Source: a virus
Taxonomy: Duplodnaviria > Caudoviricetes
Strand: one strand, 5' to 3'
Virus record (IMG/VR): IMGVR_UViG_3300042898_000840
Location: 1-62,323 of that record
DNA: 62,323 bases
Part shown: in pieces, positions 36,319 to 45,950 of the stretch
Position numbering within the stretch: position 1 is the stretch's first letter
Layout of the letters: the number at the start of each line of letters is the position of its first letter
Notes under the pieces: model-generated
What the model was told of the DNA's origin: nothing
Databases searched by the model: none
What the model saw: the letters and a program-made list of their open reading frames with translations, nothing else
Program-made: the position numbers and the translations under genes

Positions 36319-37467
36319 ATGGCAATTCAAATAGCTATATCTAATGCTGTTGGATCAAGGAGTAGATCAACTTCAACTCCAACTGATTTCATTTCTGTAT
36401 GGGATACAGCACTAGGCGATGGAAACCCTTCCATTATACTTCCATTAGTTGCTTCTGGAAATTACAACTTTAGTGTAAACTGGGGTGATGGAAACACTGA
36501 CACAATCACAGCTTGGAATCAAGCAGAAACAACTCACACATACGCAACAGGTGGTGAATATACTCTAACAATCACAGGAACAATTGAGGGTTGGCAATTT
36601 CAAGGTGTTGGAGATTTTCAAAAAATTACTTCAATCACAGATGTTGGATTACTTAAACTAGGAAATGAAGGTTCATATTTTACGGGATGTTCAAACTTAA
36701 CCACAATTGGAGGTACATTTGATTTAATAGGAACTACAAATTTATATTATATGTTTTTGGATTGTAGTTCATTAACTTCAGTAAATGGTATTGAATCTTG
36801 GGATGTATCTGCTGTAACTAATATGGGTGGTATGTTTAACAATGCAACAGCATTTGATCAAGACATTAGTGGATGGGATGTATCTTCTGTAACTGATATG
36901 AATAGTATGTTTAACAATGCAACAGCATTTGATCAAGACATTAGTGGATGGGATGTATCTTCTGTAACTGATATGAATTATATGTTCTATGGTACAATAT
37001 TCAACCAACCATTAAATTCATGGAATACTTCAGCTGTAAAAAGTATGAATAGTATGTTTGCTAATGCAACCGCATTCAACCAATCATTAAATTCATGGAA
37101 CACTTCAGCTGTAACTGATATGAGTTATATGTTCTATGGTACAATATTCAACCAATCATTAAATTCATGGAACACTTCAGCTGTAACTGATATGAGTTAT
37201 ATGTTCTATGGTACAATAGCATTCAACCAAGATATTAGTTCATGGGACATTTCTAATGTAATATATTTGAGTAGTTTTATGGATGTTAAATCAACAGCAG
37301 ATTATGATTACTATGATGATCTATTAAATGCTTGGTCTCTATTAACTCTGCAAAATGATGTAACTTGGGGAATGGGTTCAATTGAATATACTTCTGCTGG
37401 AGCAACAGCAAGACAGGATATCATTGACAACTATTCATGGATAATTACTGATGGTGGAGAAATATGA
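36319..37467 (+). CDS. BspA/DUF285 repeat surface protein with PKD-like N-terminal domain
   Basis: VNWGDG...[10 protein letters not shown]; 24-25-aa repeats [13 protein letters not shown]..A.AF.Q. Confidence 0.85.
   Translation: MAIQIAISNAVGSRSRSTSTPTDFISVWDTALGDGNPSIILPLVASGNYNFSVNWGDGNTDTITAWNQAETTHTYATGGEYTLTITGTIEGWQFQGVGDFQKITSITDVGLLKLGNEGSYFTGCSNLTTIGGTFDLIGTTNLYYMFLDCSSLTSVNGIESWDVSAVTNMGGMFNNATAFDQDISGWDVSSVTDMNSMFNNATAFDQDISGWDVSSVTDMNYMFYGTIFNQPLNSWNTSAVKSMNSMFANATAFNQSLNSWNTSAVTDMSYMFYGTIFNQSLNSWNTSAVTDMSYMFYGTIAFNQDISSWDISNVIYLSSFMDVKSTADYDYYDDLLNAWSLLTLQNDVTWGMGSIEYTSAGATARQDIIDNYSWIITDGGEI
36796..37250 (+). repeat. 72-75-bp tandem repeats encoding DUF285 units
   Basis: Near-identical nucleotide copies, e.g. 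at 36874 and 36949. Confidence 0.85.
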
Positions 37468-37592
37468 TACAGATAGCTATAAATAATGTTATAAAGGGCT
37501 TCATGAGAGCCACAGGTATTACTTTTATACGTATAACTGAGAATGGCATTGACCGAATTACTGAGAATGGTAATAGAAGAATTAAAGAATAA
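37464..37592 (+). CDS. 42-aa peptide with RITENG repeats
   Basis: [12 protein letters not shown]...[20 protein letters not shown]; ATGA overlap. Confidence 0.6.
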   Translation: MIQIAINNVIKGFMRATGITFIRITENGIDRITENGNRRIKE

Positions 37593-37597
37593 TAAAA

Positions 37598-39808
37598 ATG
37601 GCAGATATTAAAATAAGCCAATTAACGGCAAAATCAACAAATCTACTAGCAACAGATCTATTAGAAGTTAGTGAAGTTAGTGGGTTAACTTATGTTAGTA
37701 ATAAAATAACTGGTCAGCAAATTATTGATGGAGTATCTTCGGGTATTGCTAATACTTATGTGCCATACACAGGGGCTAATGCAAATGTTAACTTAGGTGA
37801 GTATGAGATAAAGGTAGGTCAGCTTACATTAGATACATCACCAACAGGTACAGCGGCAGTTGGAACGACTAGATGGAACAATTCGTTAGGTATCACTGAG
37901 ACAACATTAAAAGGTGGGTCTGTTATTTTGAAGAATGGTGTTGACTTAGTGGCTCGAGTAGTTAACAAAGTAACTCCAAACGCTACATTAACAAAAGCTA
38001 ATTATACAGCGGTTCGTGTTTCGGGTGCTCAAGGTCAAAGATTGGCGGTTGCATACGCTCAAGCGAATAACAATAACAATTCAGCAGATACGATTGGATT
38101 GGTTACAGAAACAATAGCACCAAACCAAGAAGGGTTTATTATAACGGTTGGTCAATTAGAAGACATAAATACAACGGGAAGTTTACAATCTGAAACATGG
38201 GTAGATGGCGACGTTCTTTATTTATCGCCAACGTTTGCTGGTAAATTAACAAATGTAAAACCAACGGGTTTAACAGGTCACATCGTAGTAATTGGATACG
38301 TTGAATATGCACACGCTGTTCATGGTAAAATTTACGTTAAGATAATGAACGGTTGGGAGTTGGACGAACTTCATAACGTATACATAAACACGGGAACACT
38401 TGCAAATAACGACGCTTTGATTTATGAAAGCTCTTCGCAACTTTGGAAAAATCAACCCATTACTGAATCGGTAATTTCATTATCAGATGTTACGACAAAT
38501 AATGTAAGTATTACAAAGCATGGTTTTGCACCAAAAGCTCCAAACGATGTAACTAAGTTTTTAAGAGGTGACGCAACATGGGCTGCACTTCCTGTATTAT
38601 CTGGTGTATTTGGTATATCAAATGCTAGTGGAGTTTATACTTACTATGCTACATTAACATTAGCGATGGCTGCTGCAACAGCAGGTCAAACAATTGAAAT
38701 GTTCGCTGATGTAATAGCAACAAGTGTTGTTACTATTAAACCTGATGTTATAATTCAAGGTAACGGTCATACATATACATACTCTGGAAATACAGGAGAT
38801 GTATTTGCAACCTCAGCTGGGGCAGGAATTTTTACATATTACTTTAATAACCTAACTATAAAAAGAGCCAATACAGCAACTTCAACAGGAGTAATATTTT
38901 CAGGAGATGGAACTGTATTTACTACAGCTATAAATTTCAAATTTAATTCAGTATATATAATTTATACAACAACAACAGGTATTGCTTCAATAATAACAAC
39001 AACGGGTTTTGGAGTCTACGGGTGGTCATTTGATGGAGTAGATGTAATTGGTAATTCATCAGGAAATTTATTTGGCACTGCTTTTGCAGTTAACAACATA
39101 AAAAATAGTAGAATAGAAAACACAGGAACGGGTGGATGTATAGCAACACCTAATATTACAGGCGGTTGTTCTTATGAAAATTGTTATATAAAAACTAATT
39201 CTGGAATAGGAATATTTTGCAATTATGCTTCGGATGTTATAAGAAATTGCACAGGTATATCTTCAACAGGAACAGCATTTACAGGACAATCAGGAGCATC
39301 CGCATATGATTCTTTTGCTTTTTCAAATACATCTATAGCATTTAATGGATTAAATTGTTATAACTGTACAGGACAAACAACAACTGGAAATGCTTTTTAT
39401 GGTTCGAGTTATTCAGCATATAATTGTACTGGTAGATCTACTACTGGATATACAGTAAGACCATTTTCAGGTATGTCTAAATTTTACAATAGTTCATTTT
39501 ACTCATCTGGAAATATTACTGTTTATGATGTAAACTATGGTTCATCTTTTTATAACTGCTCTATAATTACAGACTATAATAATGCTGCTGGTCATGCTGT
39601 TTCAATAGGCCCCTCATCAGGTAATCCTGCATTTGTAAATAATTATATTCAAGTGGCTAATGCATCTGCTAACTGTATTAGAGGCACAAATGCATTTACT
39701 GGTGTAGTAACAAATACAGTATTTAAAGGAGCAACAACTCCAATAAATGCTAATGTTACTTTATCAGCAGTTACTATTAATACAACTTATAATAATATCA
39801 CAATATAA
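37598..39808 (+). CDS. Tail fibre/spike with beta-helix-like C-terminus
   Basis: MADIKISQL N-terminus; ELDELHNV; G/T/S/N-rich YNC repeats. Confidence 0.75.
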   Translation: MADIKISQLTAKSTNLLATDLLEVSEVSGLTYVSNKITGQQIIDGVSSGIANTYVPYTGANANVNLGEYEIKVGQLTLDTSPTGTAAVGTTRWNNSLGITETTLKGGSVILKNGVDLVARVVNKVTPNATLTKANYTAVRVSGAQGQRLAVAYAQANNNNNSADTIGLVTETIAPNQEGFIITVGQLEDINTTGSLQSETWVDGDVLYLSPTFAGKLTNVKPTGLTGHIVVIGYVEYAHAVHGKIYVKIMNGWELDELHNVYINTGTLANNDALIYESSSQLWKNQPITESVISLSDVTTNNVSITKHGFAPKAPNDVTKFLRGDATWAALPVLSGVFGISNASGVYTYYATLTLAMAAATAGQTIEMFADVIATSVVTIKPDVIIQGNGHTYTYSGNTGDVFATSAGAGIFTYYFNNLTIKRANTATSTGVIFSGDGTVFTTAINFKFNSVYIIYTTTTGIASIITTTGFGVYGWSFDGVDVIGNSSGNLFGTAFAVNNIKNSRIENTGTGGCIATPNITGGCSYENCYIKTNSGIGIFCNYASDVIRNCTGISSTGTAFTGQSGASAYDSFAFSNTSIAFNGLNCYNCTGQTTTGNAFYGSSYSAYNCTGRSTTGYTVRPFSGMSKFYNSSFYSSGNITVYDVNYGSSFYNCSIITDYNNAAGHAVSIGPSSGNPAFVNNYIQVANASANCIRGTNAFTGVVTNTVFKGATTPINANVTLSAVTINTTYNNITI

Positions 39809-40137
39809 TGGACACTTATAAAATAGACATATTAAAGCTTTCTGATACTTTGGTATCTCAAAATTTAAAAACTCAAGAGCAAAAATATTTTACAATTTCT
39901 GAATTAACAGGTGAGTACTTATTAGTATATAATGATTTCATGTCTTTAGTAAATAGTAAAATAACTATTGAATATAATCAAGTATTTGTTGGTGAGGAAG
40001 TTGTAAGAAGATTTGTAGGTATAGATTTAGAAGGAATTGATGTAGGAAACTTTCAAGAAGCACTTTATGATGATTTATCTGAATCTGAGAAAGAAACATT
40101 TGATACATTTTATAACACATTTACAATTCAATATTGA
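39808..40137 (+). CDS. Hypothetical protein, possibly a fibre chaperone
   Basis: Directly follows the fibre gene. Confidence 0.55.
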   Translation: MDTYKIDILKLSDTLVSQNLKTQEQKYFTISELTGEYLLVYNDFMSLVNSKITIEYNQVFVGEEVVRRFVGIDLEGIDVGNFQEALYDDLSESEKETFDTFYNTFTIQY

Positions 40138-40583
40138 AATATATAATCCCAATTTTTATTATATTACTATCATGCACACCTCAACGAAGGTTTGACAGGT
40201 TAGTTAAAAAGTATCCATATCTTTTAACCAATGACAGCCTTATTATTAGAGATACGATAAGAGATACCATTCGTATCACTATACCTGAAGTTGAAGTCGA
40301 TACAATTGTAAGTATAAAGGATTTATATGATACAGTTATTATAGAGAAAGATCGTATAAAAATACAAGTGTATCGAGTAAAAGACAAGGTTTATATTAGT
40401 GGAAAATGTGATACTGTATATATCGAAAAGCCTATAGAACGGATAGTCTACAGGAAGATACCTATTAAGATATACGAAAAGACTCCTTGGTATAAGATAC
40501 TGCTTAATAATGTTCTAGGAATTTTATTAATTTTGCTAGTAATATATATTACGTACAGAATTATAAAAAACTACTTACTTTGA
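40134..40583 (+). CDS. Lipoprotein with C-terminal TM; unimolecular spanin-like
   Basis: LLSC lipobox, DT-rich beta region, C-terminal hydrophobic helix; precedes the holin and endolysin. Confidence 0.65.
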   Translation: MKYIIPIFIILLSCTPQRRFDRLVKKYPYLLTNDSLIIRDTIRDTIRITIPEVEVDTIVSIKDLYDTVIIEKDRIKIQVYRVKDKVYISGKCDTVYIEKPIERIVYRKIPIKIYEKTPWYKILLNNVLGILLILLVIYITYRIIKNYLL

Positions 40584-41005
40584 AAACAAAATTACTATTA
40601 TTAGCAACATCATTTTTAGCAGTATTATCCCCAGTCAAACCAATGATATATGTTGCGTTACTTGCAATCATTTTAGACACATTATTTGGTATTTGGAGGA
40701 GCGTTAAAAAGGGCGGTTGGAAAGCTATTAGAAGTAGAAGATTGTCTCACGTTATAAGCAAGTCACTTCTTTATTGTGGAGCTATATTGTTTATATTTTT
40801 AGTTGAGAAATACATAGCTGCTGATTTGCTAGCTCACTTTATATCTGTTGATCTTGTAATGACAAAGATAGTAGCATTCTTTTGTGTTGCTGTAGAGATT
40901 AAGTCAATTAATGAAAGCTATGAGTCTGTTACTGGAAAGAACTTATTAAAGTCATTAAGAGAGTTTGTAACAAGAGCAAAAGAAGAAGCAGATAAATTAG
41001 CATGA
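40580..41005 (+). CDS. Holin
   Basis: TM segments; LDTLFGIW, EIKSINES. Confidence 0.8.
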   Translation: MKTKLLLLATSFLAVLSPVKPMIYVALLAIILDTLFGIWRSVKKGGWKAIRSRRLSHVISKSLLYCGAILFIFLVEKYIAADLLAHFISVDLVMTKIVAFFCVAVEIKSINESYESVTGKNLLKSLREFVTRAKEEADKLA

Positions 41006-41649
41006 AGTTAGATACAACAAAAATAGTTCAGGCTAGACTGAAGGAAAGCCAATATTTTCAGGAGACAACTCCTAAGAATCAAATCTATTTGCACCATACT
41101 GCTGGAGGTGGAAATGCTGTAGCTGTTTCTAAATATTGGGATAGCACCAAAGACAGAGTTGCTACTGCATTTGTGATAGGTAACAAAGGTACTATTGTTC
41201 AGTGTTTTTCATCTAGAGAGTGGGCGTATCATTTAGGTCTTAAGAACGCTCCATTTTCAAATATGGGCTTACCATATAAAGCACTTGACAAAAGTTCAGT
41301 AGGTATTGAAGTATGTAATTATGGGCCACTTAAAGAAAGAAATGGCAAGTTCTATAATTATGTTGGTGGGGTTGTTGATCCAAGTAGTGTCACAAAATTA
41401 GACAAGCCATTTAAGGGTCATTTCCTTTGGGAGAAATATACTGACCAGCAAATTGAAAGCTTACGTCAATTAGTTGTATATTTATGCGAAACTTATGACA
41501 TACCAAAAGATTACAATGATGACATTTGGGATTTGTCAAAGAGAGCTATGAGGGGTGATGATGGTATATTTACACATAATTCAGTTCGTAGAGATAAGTC
41601 TGACATGTATCCATGTCCACGAGTAATTGAGATGTTAAATAGTTTGTAA
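41002..41649 (+). CDS. Endolysin, N-acetylmuramoyl-L-alanine amidase (Amidase_2)
   Basis: IYLHHTAG, WAYHLG, SVGIEVCN, THNSVR.DKSD. Confidence 0.9.
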   Translation: MKLDTTKIVQARLKESQYFQETTPKNQIYLHHTAGGGNAVAVSKYWDSTKDRVATAFVIGNKGTIVQCFSSREWAYHLGLKNAPFSNMGLPYKALDKSSVGIEVCNYGPLKERNGKFYNYVGGVVDPSSVTKLDKPFKGHFLWEKYTDQQIESLRQLVVYLCETYDIPKDYNDDIWDLSKRAMRGDDGIFTHNSVRRDKSDMYPCPRVIEMLNSL

Positions 41650-41786
41650 TGAAAAAGCAGAAAGATATATCGTCATTTATAGCTAGACCAAAGGTTAGTA
41701 GACCTGGTGTTCATGCTAAGACAAAGAGCTCTAAGACAAAGAGCTCTAAAAATTATAAAAAACAATATAAAGGACAAGGAAAATGA
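41649..41786 (+). CDS. Small basic protein (45 aa)
   Basis: RPGVHAK...KNYKKQYKGQGK; contains a 15-bp tandem duplication. Confidence 0.65.
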   Translation: MKKQKDISSFIARPKVSRPGVHAKTKSSKTKSSKNYKKQYKGQGK

Positions 41787-42421
41787 AAGTAAATAATTAT
41801 CCAGTTAAGACACCTGAAGCAGGTGATAGGCTATTTGGTAGTGATGTTAGTGGTGATCAAGTTCAGTTTGATATGACTGCTGTTAGCAGTAATGTATTTC
41901 AGTATCAAATAGGCGAGTATGTAGTTGATGAAGGTGGTGTAATATTTCATAGGTATTTAGATGGAGACACTCAGAATTATTTGGTTGTTTCAATTGCAAA
42001 TCAAGGTTCTATAGGATGGAGTAATATTACCGCAACCGCTATTGGAACTTCTGCTCAGTCATCTTGGGATGGCTTATCTAACAGTAATGCAATTATTGGA
42101 CAATCTGGATTTACAAATGGTGCAGCTAAATTATGTTTAGATTTAGTTTCATTAAGTAAAGATGATTGGTATTTACCATCAACAGATGAATTAAGTCTTC
42201 TTTGGCATAACAGATTTAATGTGAATAAAACACTATCTGGAAACTCAACATTAGGACCAATTGCTGGAGCTGGTGAGTTAAGTTCGCCTACTTATTGGAG
42301 TAGTACAGAATCAGGAACTCCTACTGCATATTCATTTAGTTTTCTTTCAGGTTTTGCTAGTAGTGTATCTGGTAAAAGTGATCAGAATCAAGCAAGAGCT
42401 ATAAGAAAATTTAGTATATAA
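41783..42421 (+). CDS. DUF1566 / Lcl C-terminal (C-type lectin fold) protein
   Basis: DDWYLPSTDEL...YWSSTE...ARAIRKF. Confidence 0.8.
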   Translation: MKVNNYPVKTPEAGDRLFGSDVSGDQVQFDMTAVSSNVFQYQIGEYVVDEGGVIFHRYLDGDTQNYLVVSIANQGSIGWSNITATAIGTSAQSSWDGLSNSNAIIGQSGFTNGAAKLCLDLVSLSKDDWYLPSTDELSLLWHNRFNVNKTLSGNSTLGPIAGAGELSSPTYWSSTESGTPTAYSFSFLSGFASSVSGKSDQNQARAIRKFSI

Positions 42422-42452
42422 TTGCTATATTTGCATTATAAAATTTAATAAA

Positions 42453-42689
42453 ATGAAAAAATTAGAACAAGACGAACTGTTTAAATTGACAGAACTTAAC
42501 CGCAACTTTAGAGATTTAAAGTTTGAAGTAGCTGACATAGAGCTTTCATTCGAAAGGCTTAAGAGCAAGAAGAAATCAACGCTAGCTAATTTAGATATTG
42601 CTGCACATGATTTAGCAAAATATCAAGAAGATATAGTTGCTAAGTATGGCGATATTACTATCAACTTACAGACTGGTGAATATAATTAG
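42453..42689 (+). CDS. Coiled-coil protein
   Basis: Heptad pattern and KYGDITINLQTGE ending; TATATTTG box at 42426. Confidence 0.7.
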   Translation: MKKLEQDELFKLTELNRNFRDLKFEVADIELSFERLKSKKKSTLANLDIAAHDLAKYQEDIVAKYGDITINLQTGEYN

Positions 42690-42894
42690 AAAGATATCGA
42701 TTGGTCCTGACTACATGAAGTCAATGAACTATACTGTTGGACAGGAAGTTCTTGATAAGAGTTATTCTATCTATCAAATAATAAGAAATGATGATGGAAT
42801 TAAGCTTTATATCATTAAGGAAGGCGAGATAGTTTTATGGAAGGAGTTTTCAGACACTGTTCCTGTATCAATTGAATATAATATAAATTTTTAA
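42676..42894 (+). CDS. Conserved hypothetical protein
   Basis: IIRKISIGPDY...MNYTVGQ; GTG start assumed. Confidence 0.65.
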   Translation: MNIIRKISIGPDYMKSMNYTVGQEVLDKSYSIYQIIRNDDGIKLYIIKEGEIVLWKEFSDTVPVSIEYNINF

Positions 42895-43454
42895 TGAAAG
42901 CACCATACTGTTTTATCATCAAGGCTGTTGATGGTAGGAGGTATGACAACATAAGAACTTACGGAGACAAAGAGTTCATTGTAAGTACCTCGCAAGAAGA
43001 TCACACAGTTTCAAATAGATTTGCTGAAGTAATATCTGTTCCAATTTATTATGATGGGCCAATAACTATTGGTGACATTGTGGTTGTACACCATAATGTT
43101 TTTAAGTTTTACTACGACATGAGGGGCAGACAGAAGAGCAGTTGGCATCATCTAAAGGATGACTTATTTATAGTTGAGCCTGATCAGGTTTATCTATACT
43201 CCAAAGATAAAAACCTTTGGAGTGCACCATCTCCATTTGTTTTTATTAGACCTATTGAATCTGAAGATAAGATATTTAATCCAATTGGTACTTTTGAAGA
43301 ACTTTGGGGAGAGGTTGTATTTAAGAATGATGACGTGTCGGAATTTGAAGTTGGCGACATCGTGTCATTCACTCCAGACAGCGAGTATGAGTTTAGAATA
43401 AATAATGAAGTTCTTTATAGAATGTATAATAGAAATATATGTCTAAAAAAATAG
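42894..43454 (+). CDS. Tandem GroES-like protein
   Basis: Two units, FIIK..EVISVP..IGDIVVV and FIRP..GEVV..VGDIVSF, resemble the GroES fold. Confidence 0.55.
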   Translation: MKAPYCFIIKAVDGRRYDNIRTYGDKEFIVSTSQEDHTVSNRFAEVISVPIYYDGPITIGDIVVVHHNVFKFYYDMRGRQKSSWHHLKDDLFIVEPDQVYLYSKDKNLWSAPSPFVFIRPIESEDKIFNPIGTFEELWGEVVFKNDDVSEFEVGDIVSFTPDSEYEFRINNEVLYRMYNRNICLKK

Positions 43455-43705
43455 AGATATTAGAGGCAGCTAAGGTTGCTATTGATGAGTTGATAAAGGT
43501 ATTAAGAGAACCGATTATTACTCGATCTGAGGATGATATATCAGCAGATAAGTTAAAGAACGCAGCATCGGCTAAAAGATTAGCATTTGAGGATGCTTTG
43601 AATATGTTGCAGAAGATTGAGGAGGAAGAGAATAAAAACTCAGAGTTACCCACTATAAATGTGGGTAATGGTGGATTCGCTGAAGGTAGAGCAAAAAAGA
43701 AGTAA
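43439..43705 (+). CDS. Probable terminase small subunit
   Basis: Small helical protein immediately before the large subunit. Confidence 0.5.
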   Translation: MSKKIEILEAAKVAIDELIKVLREPIITRSEDDISADKLKNAASAKRLAFEDALNMLQKIEEEENKNSELPTINVGNGGFAEGRAKKK

Positions 43706-43730
43706 ATACTTTTTACAAGAAGGTAGATAA

Positions 43731-45950
43731 ATGGAAAATAGTCTTTACATTGTACTTAATGATTACATTGACAAGAAGGTCATAGTAACCAAGAATAGAC
43801 ATAAGTCTTGGGAATATGGCTATAATAAAGACTATGATGTTGTTGTCATATCAAAAGATGGTACAATTGGTCAAATATATGATATAAATAGTGTTAAGAT
43901 AGCACTACCATCAGTTCCTACAGATGTTACTAATTATGGCAACAAATGGGTAGCTCAAGATTATCCATCTGAATTACAGAAAATCAAAACAATATTTGAT
44001 TGGAATAGAAGAGATAATACTTTTAAATCAAAATATGTTGACTTGATTGAAGGTGAGTTTGACAAGCGTGAGCATGGACATTGGTTCATAAATAATGGTG
44101 TGCCTACATACATGACAGGCACTCATTACATGTACTTGCAATGGACAAAGATTGACATTGGTCTACCTGACTTTAGGGAATCAAATAGGATATTTTACAT
44201 TTATTGGGAGGCGTGTAAGGCTGACAATAGATCTTTTGGTATGGATTACTTAAAGAATAGACGTTCTGGATTCTCATTCATGTCTAGTTCTGAGATATCT
44301 AACACAGGTACAATAGTTCGTGATTCACGAATTGGTATCTTGTCAAAGACTGGTGGTGATGCCAAGAAGATGTTTACCGACAAAGTTGTTCCTATTGTAA
44401 GAAACTATCCATTCTTTTTTAAGCCTATTCAGGATGGTATGGATAATCCAAAGACTGAATTAGCGTTTCGTGTTCCTGCAAGTAAGATTACTCGGAAGAA
44501 TATGGATCAAGAAGCTCAAGATGAAATTGATGGGCTTGATACGACTATTGACTGGAAGAATACGTCAGACAACAGTTATGATGGTGAGAAGCTACTCCTT
44601 CTTGTTCATGATGAATCAGGAAAATGGGAGAAGCCTGAGAACATATTAAATAACTGGCGAGTAACAAAGACTTGTTTAAGGTTAGGTAGTAAAATTGTTG
44701 GTAAGTGTATGATGGGTTCAACATCAAATGCATTAAGCAAGGGTGGTGAAAATTTCAAGAAGTTATATAACGATAGTAACCCTAGAAGTAGATCAGCAAA
44801 TGGTCAAACTAAAAGTGGTCTTTATTCTTTGTTTATACCAATGGAATGGAATATTGAAGGGTATATAGATGAGTTTGGTTGGCCTGTATTCGATACTCCA
44901 GAAAAGCCAATAAAGGGTATTGATGGAGAGATGATAACGCAAGGTGTGGTTACTTGGTGGAATAATGAGGTTGCGGCATTAAAGGGAGACTCTGATGCAT
45001 TGAATGAATTTTACCGACAGTTTCCTAGAACTGAATCACATGCATTTAGGGATGAATCCAAGCAGTCAGTCTTTAATTTAACAAAGATATACCAGCAGAT
45101 TGATTATAATGACTCACTTATTAAGGATCAAGTTTTAACGAGAGGTTATTTCCATTGGAAGAATGGCGTAAAAGATAGTGAGGTTATTTGGACTCCCGAT
45201 AAGAATGGCAGGTTCTTAGTTTCGTGGATTCCTAATAATAGGCTGCGTAATAATGTAATTACTAGAGGAGGCAAGAAGTTTCCTGGCAATGAACACATGG
45301 GAGCTTTTGGATGTGACCCTTATGATATATCTGGTGTAGTTGGTGGTGGAGGATCAAATGGCGCATTGCATGGCATGACTAAATTCCACATGGAGGAAGC
45401 TCCTACAAATGAGTTTTTCTTGGAGTATATAGCAAGACCTCAGACTGCTGAGATATTCTTTGAGGATGTTCTAATGGCTTGTATTTTTTATGGCATGCCG
45501 ATACTAGCAGAGAATAATAAGGCTAGGCTTTTATATCATTTTAAGAACAGAGGTTACAGAGCATATTCAATGAATAGACCTGACAAGCATAAGACTAAAT
45601 TGTCAAAGACAGAGTTAGAGATAGGTGGTATACCTAACTCATCTGAGGATGTAAGGCAAGCACATGCATCAGCTATCGAGACGTATATTGAGGAATATGT
45701 AGGTCTTGACATTGAAGGAACTTATAGAGATCCTGACAATATGGGTTCTATGTATTTTACAAAAACTTTAGAAGATTGGGCTAGATTTGATCCTAATAAC
45801 AGGACAAAACATGATGCTTCTATTAGCTCAGGTCTAGCAATCATGGCTACACGCAAGCATTTGTTTGAAGTTGAGAAAAAAGAATCGAAAATAAGTATTA
45901 AATTTGTAAAATACGACAATCGTGGAATTAGAAGCGAAATACTAAAATAA
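43731..45950 (+). CDS. terL: Terminase large subunit
   Basis: KNRRSGFS Walker A, LLVHDESGK Walker B, GSTS, GCDPYD nuclease motif, HDAS. Confidence 0.9.
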   Translation: MENSLYIVLNDYIDKKVIVTKNRHKSWEYGYNKDYDVVVISKDGTIGQIYDINSVKIALPSVPTDVTNYGNKWVAQDYPSELQKIKTIFDWNRRDNTFKSKYVDLIEGEFDKREHGHWFINNGVPTYMTGTHYMYLQWTKIDIGLPDFRESNRIFYIYWEACKADNRSFGMDYLKNRRSGFSFMSSSEISNTGTIVRDSRIGILSKTGGDAKKMFTDKVVPIVRNYPFFFKPIQDGMDNPKTELAFRVPASKITRKNMDQEAQDEIDGLDTTIDWKNTSDNSYDGEKLLLLVHDESGKWEKPENILNNWRVTKTCLRLGSKIVGKCMMGSTSNALSKGGENFKKLYNDSNPRSRSANGQTKSGLYSLFIPMEWNIEGYIDEFGWPVFDTPEKPIKGIDGEMITQGVVTWWNNEVAALKGDSDALNEFYRQFPRTESHAFRDESKQSVFNLTKIYQQIDYNDSLIKDQVLTRGYFHWKNGVKDSEVIWTPDKNGRFLVSWIPNNRLRNNVITRGGKKFPGNEHMGAFGCDPYDISGVVGGGGSNGALHGMTKFHMEEAPTNEFFLEYIARPQTAEIFFEDVLMACIFYGMPILAENNKARLLYHFKNRGYRAYSMNRPDKHKTKLSKTELEIGGIPNSSEDVRQAHASAIETYIEEYVGLDIEGTYRDPDNMGSMYFTKTLEDWARFDPNNRTKHDASISSGLAIMATRKHLFEVEKKESKISIKFVKYDNRGIRSEILK

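Noticed and set aside
36796-37250. CRISPR-like array
   Set aside because: These are in-frame coding repeats with no unique spacers.
41783-42421. DUF1566 protein as the target of a diversity-generating retroelement
   Set aside because: I found no reverse transcriptase gene and no second, adenine-variant copy of its 3' end.
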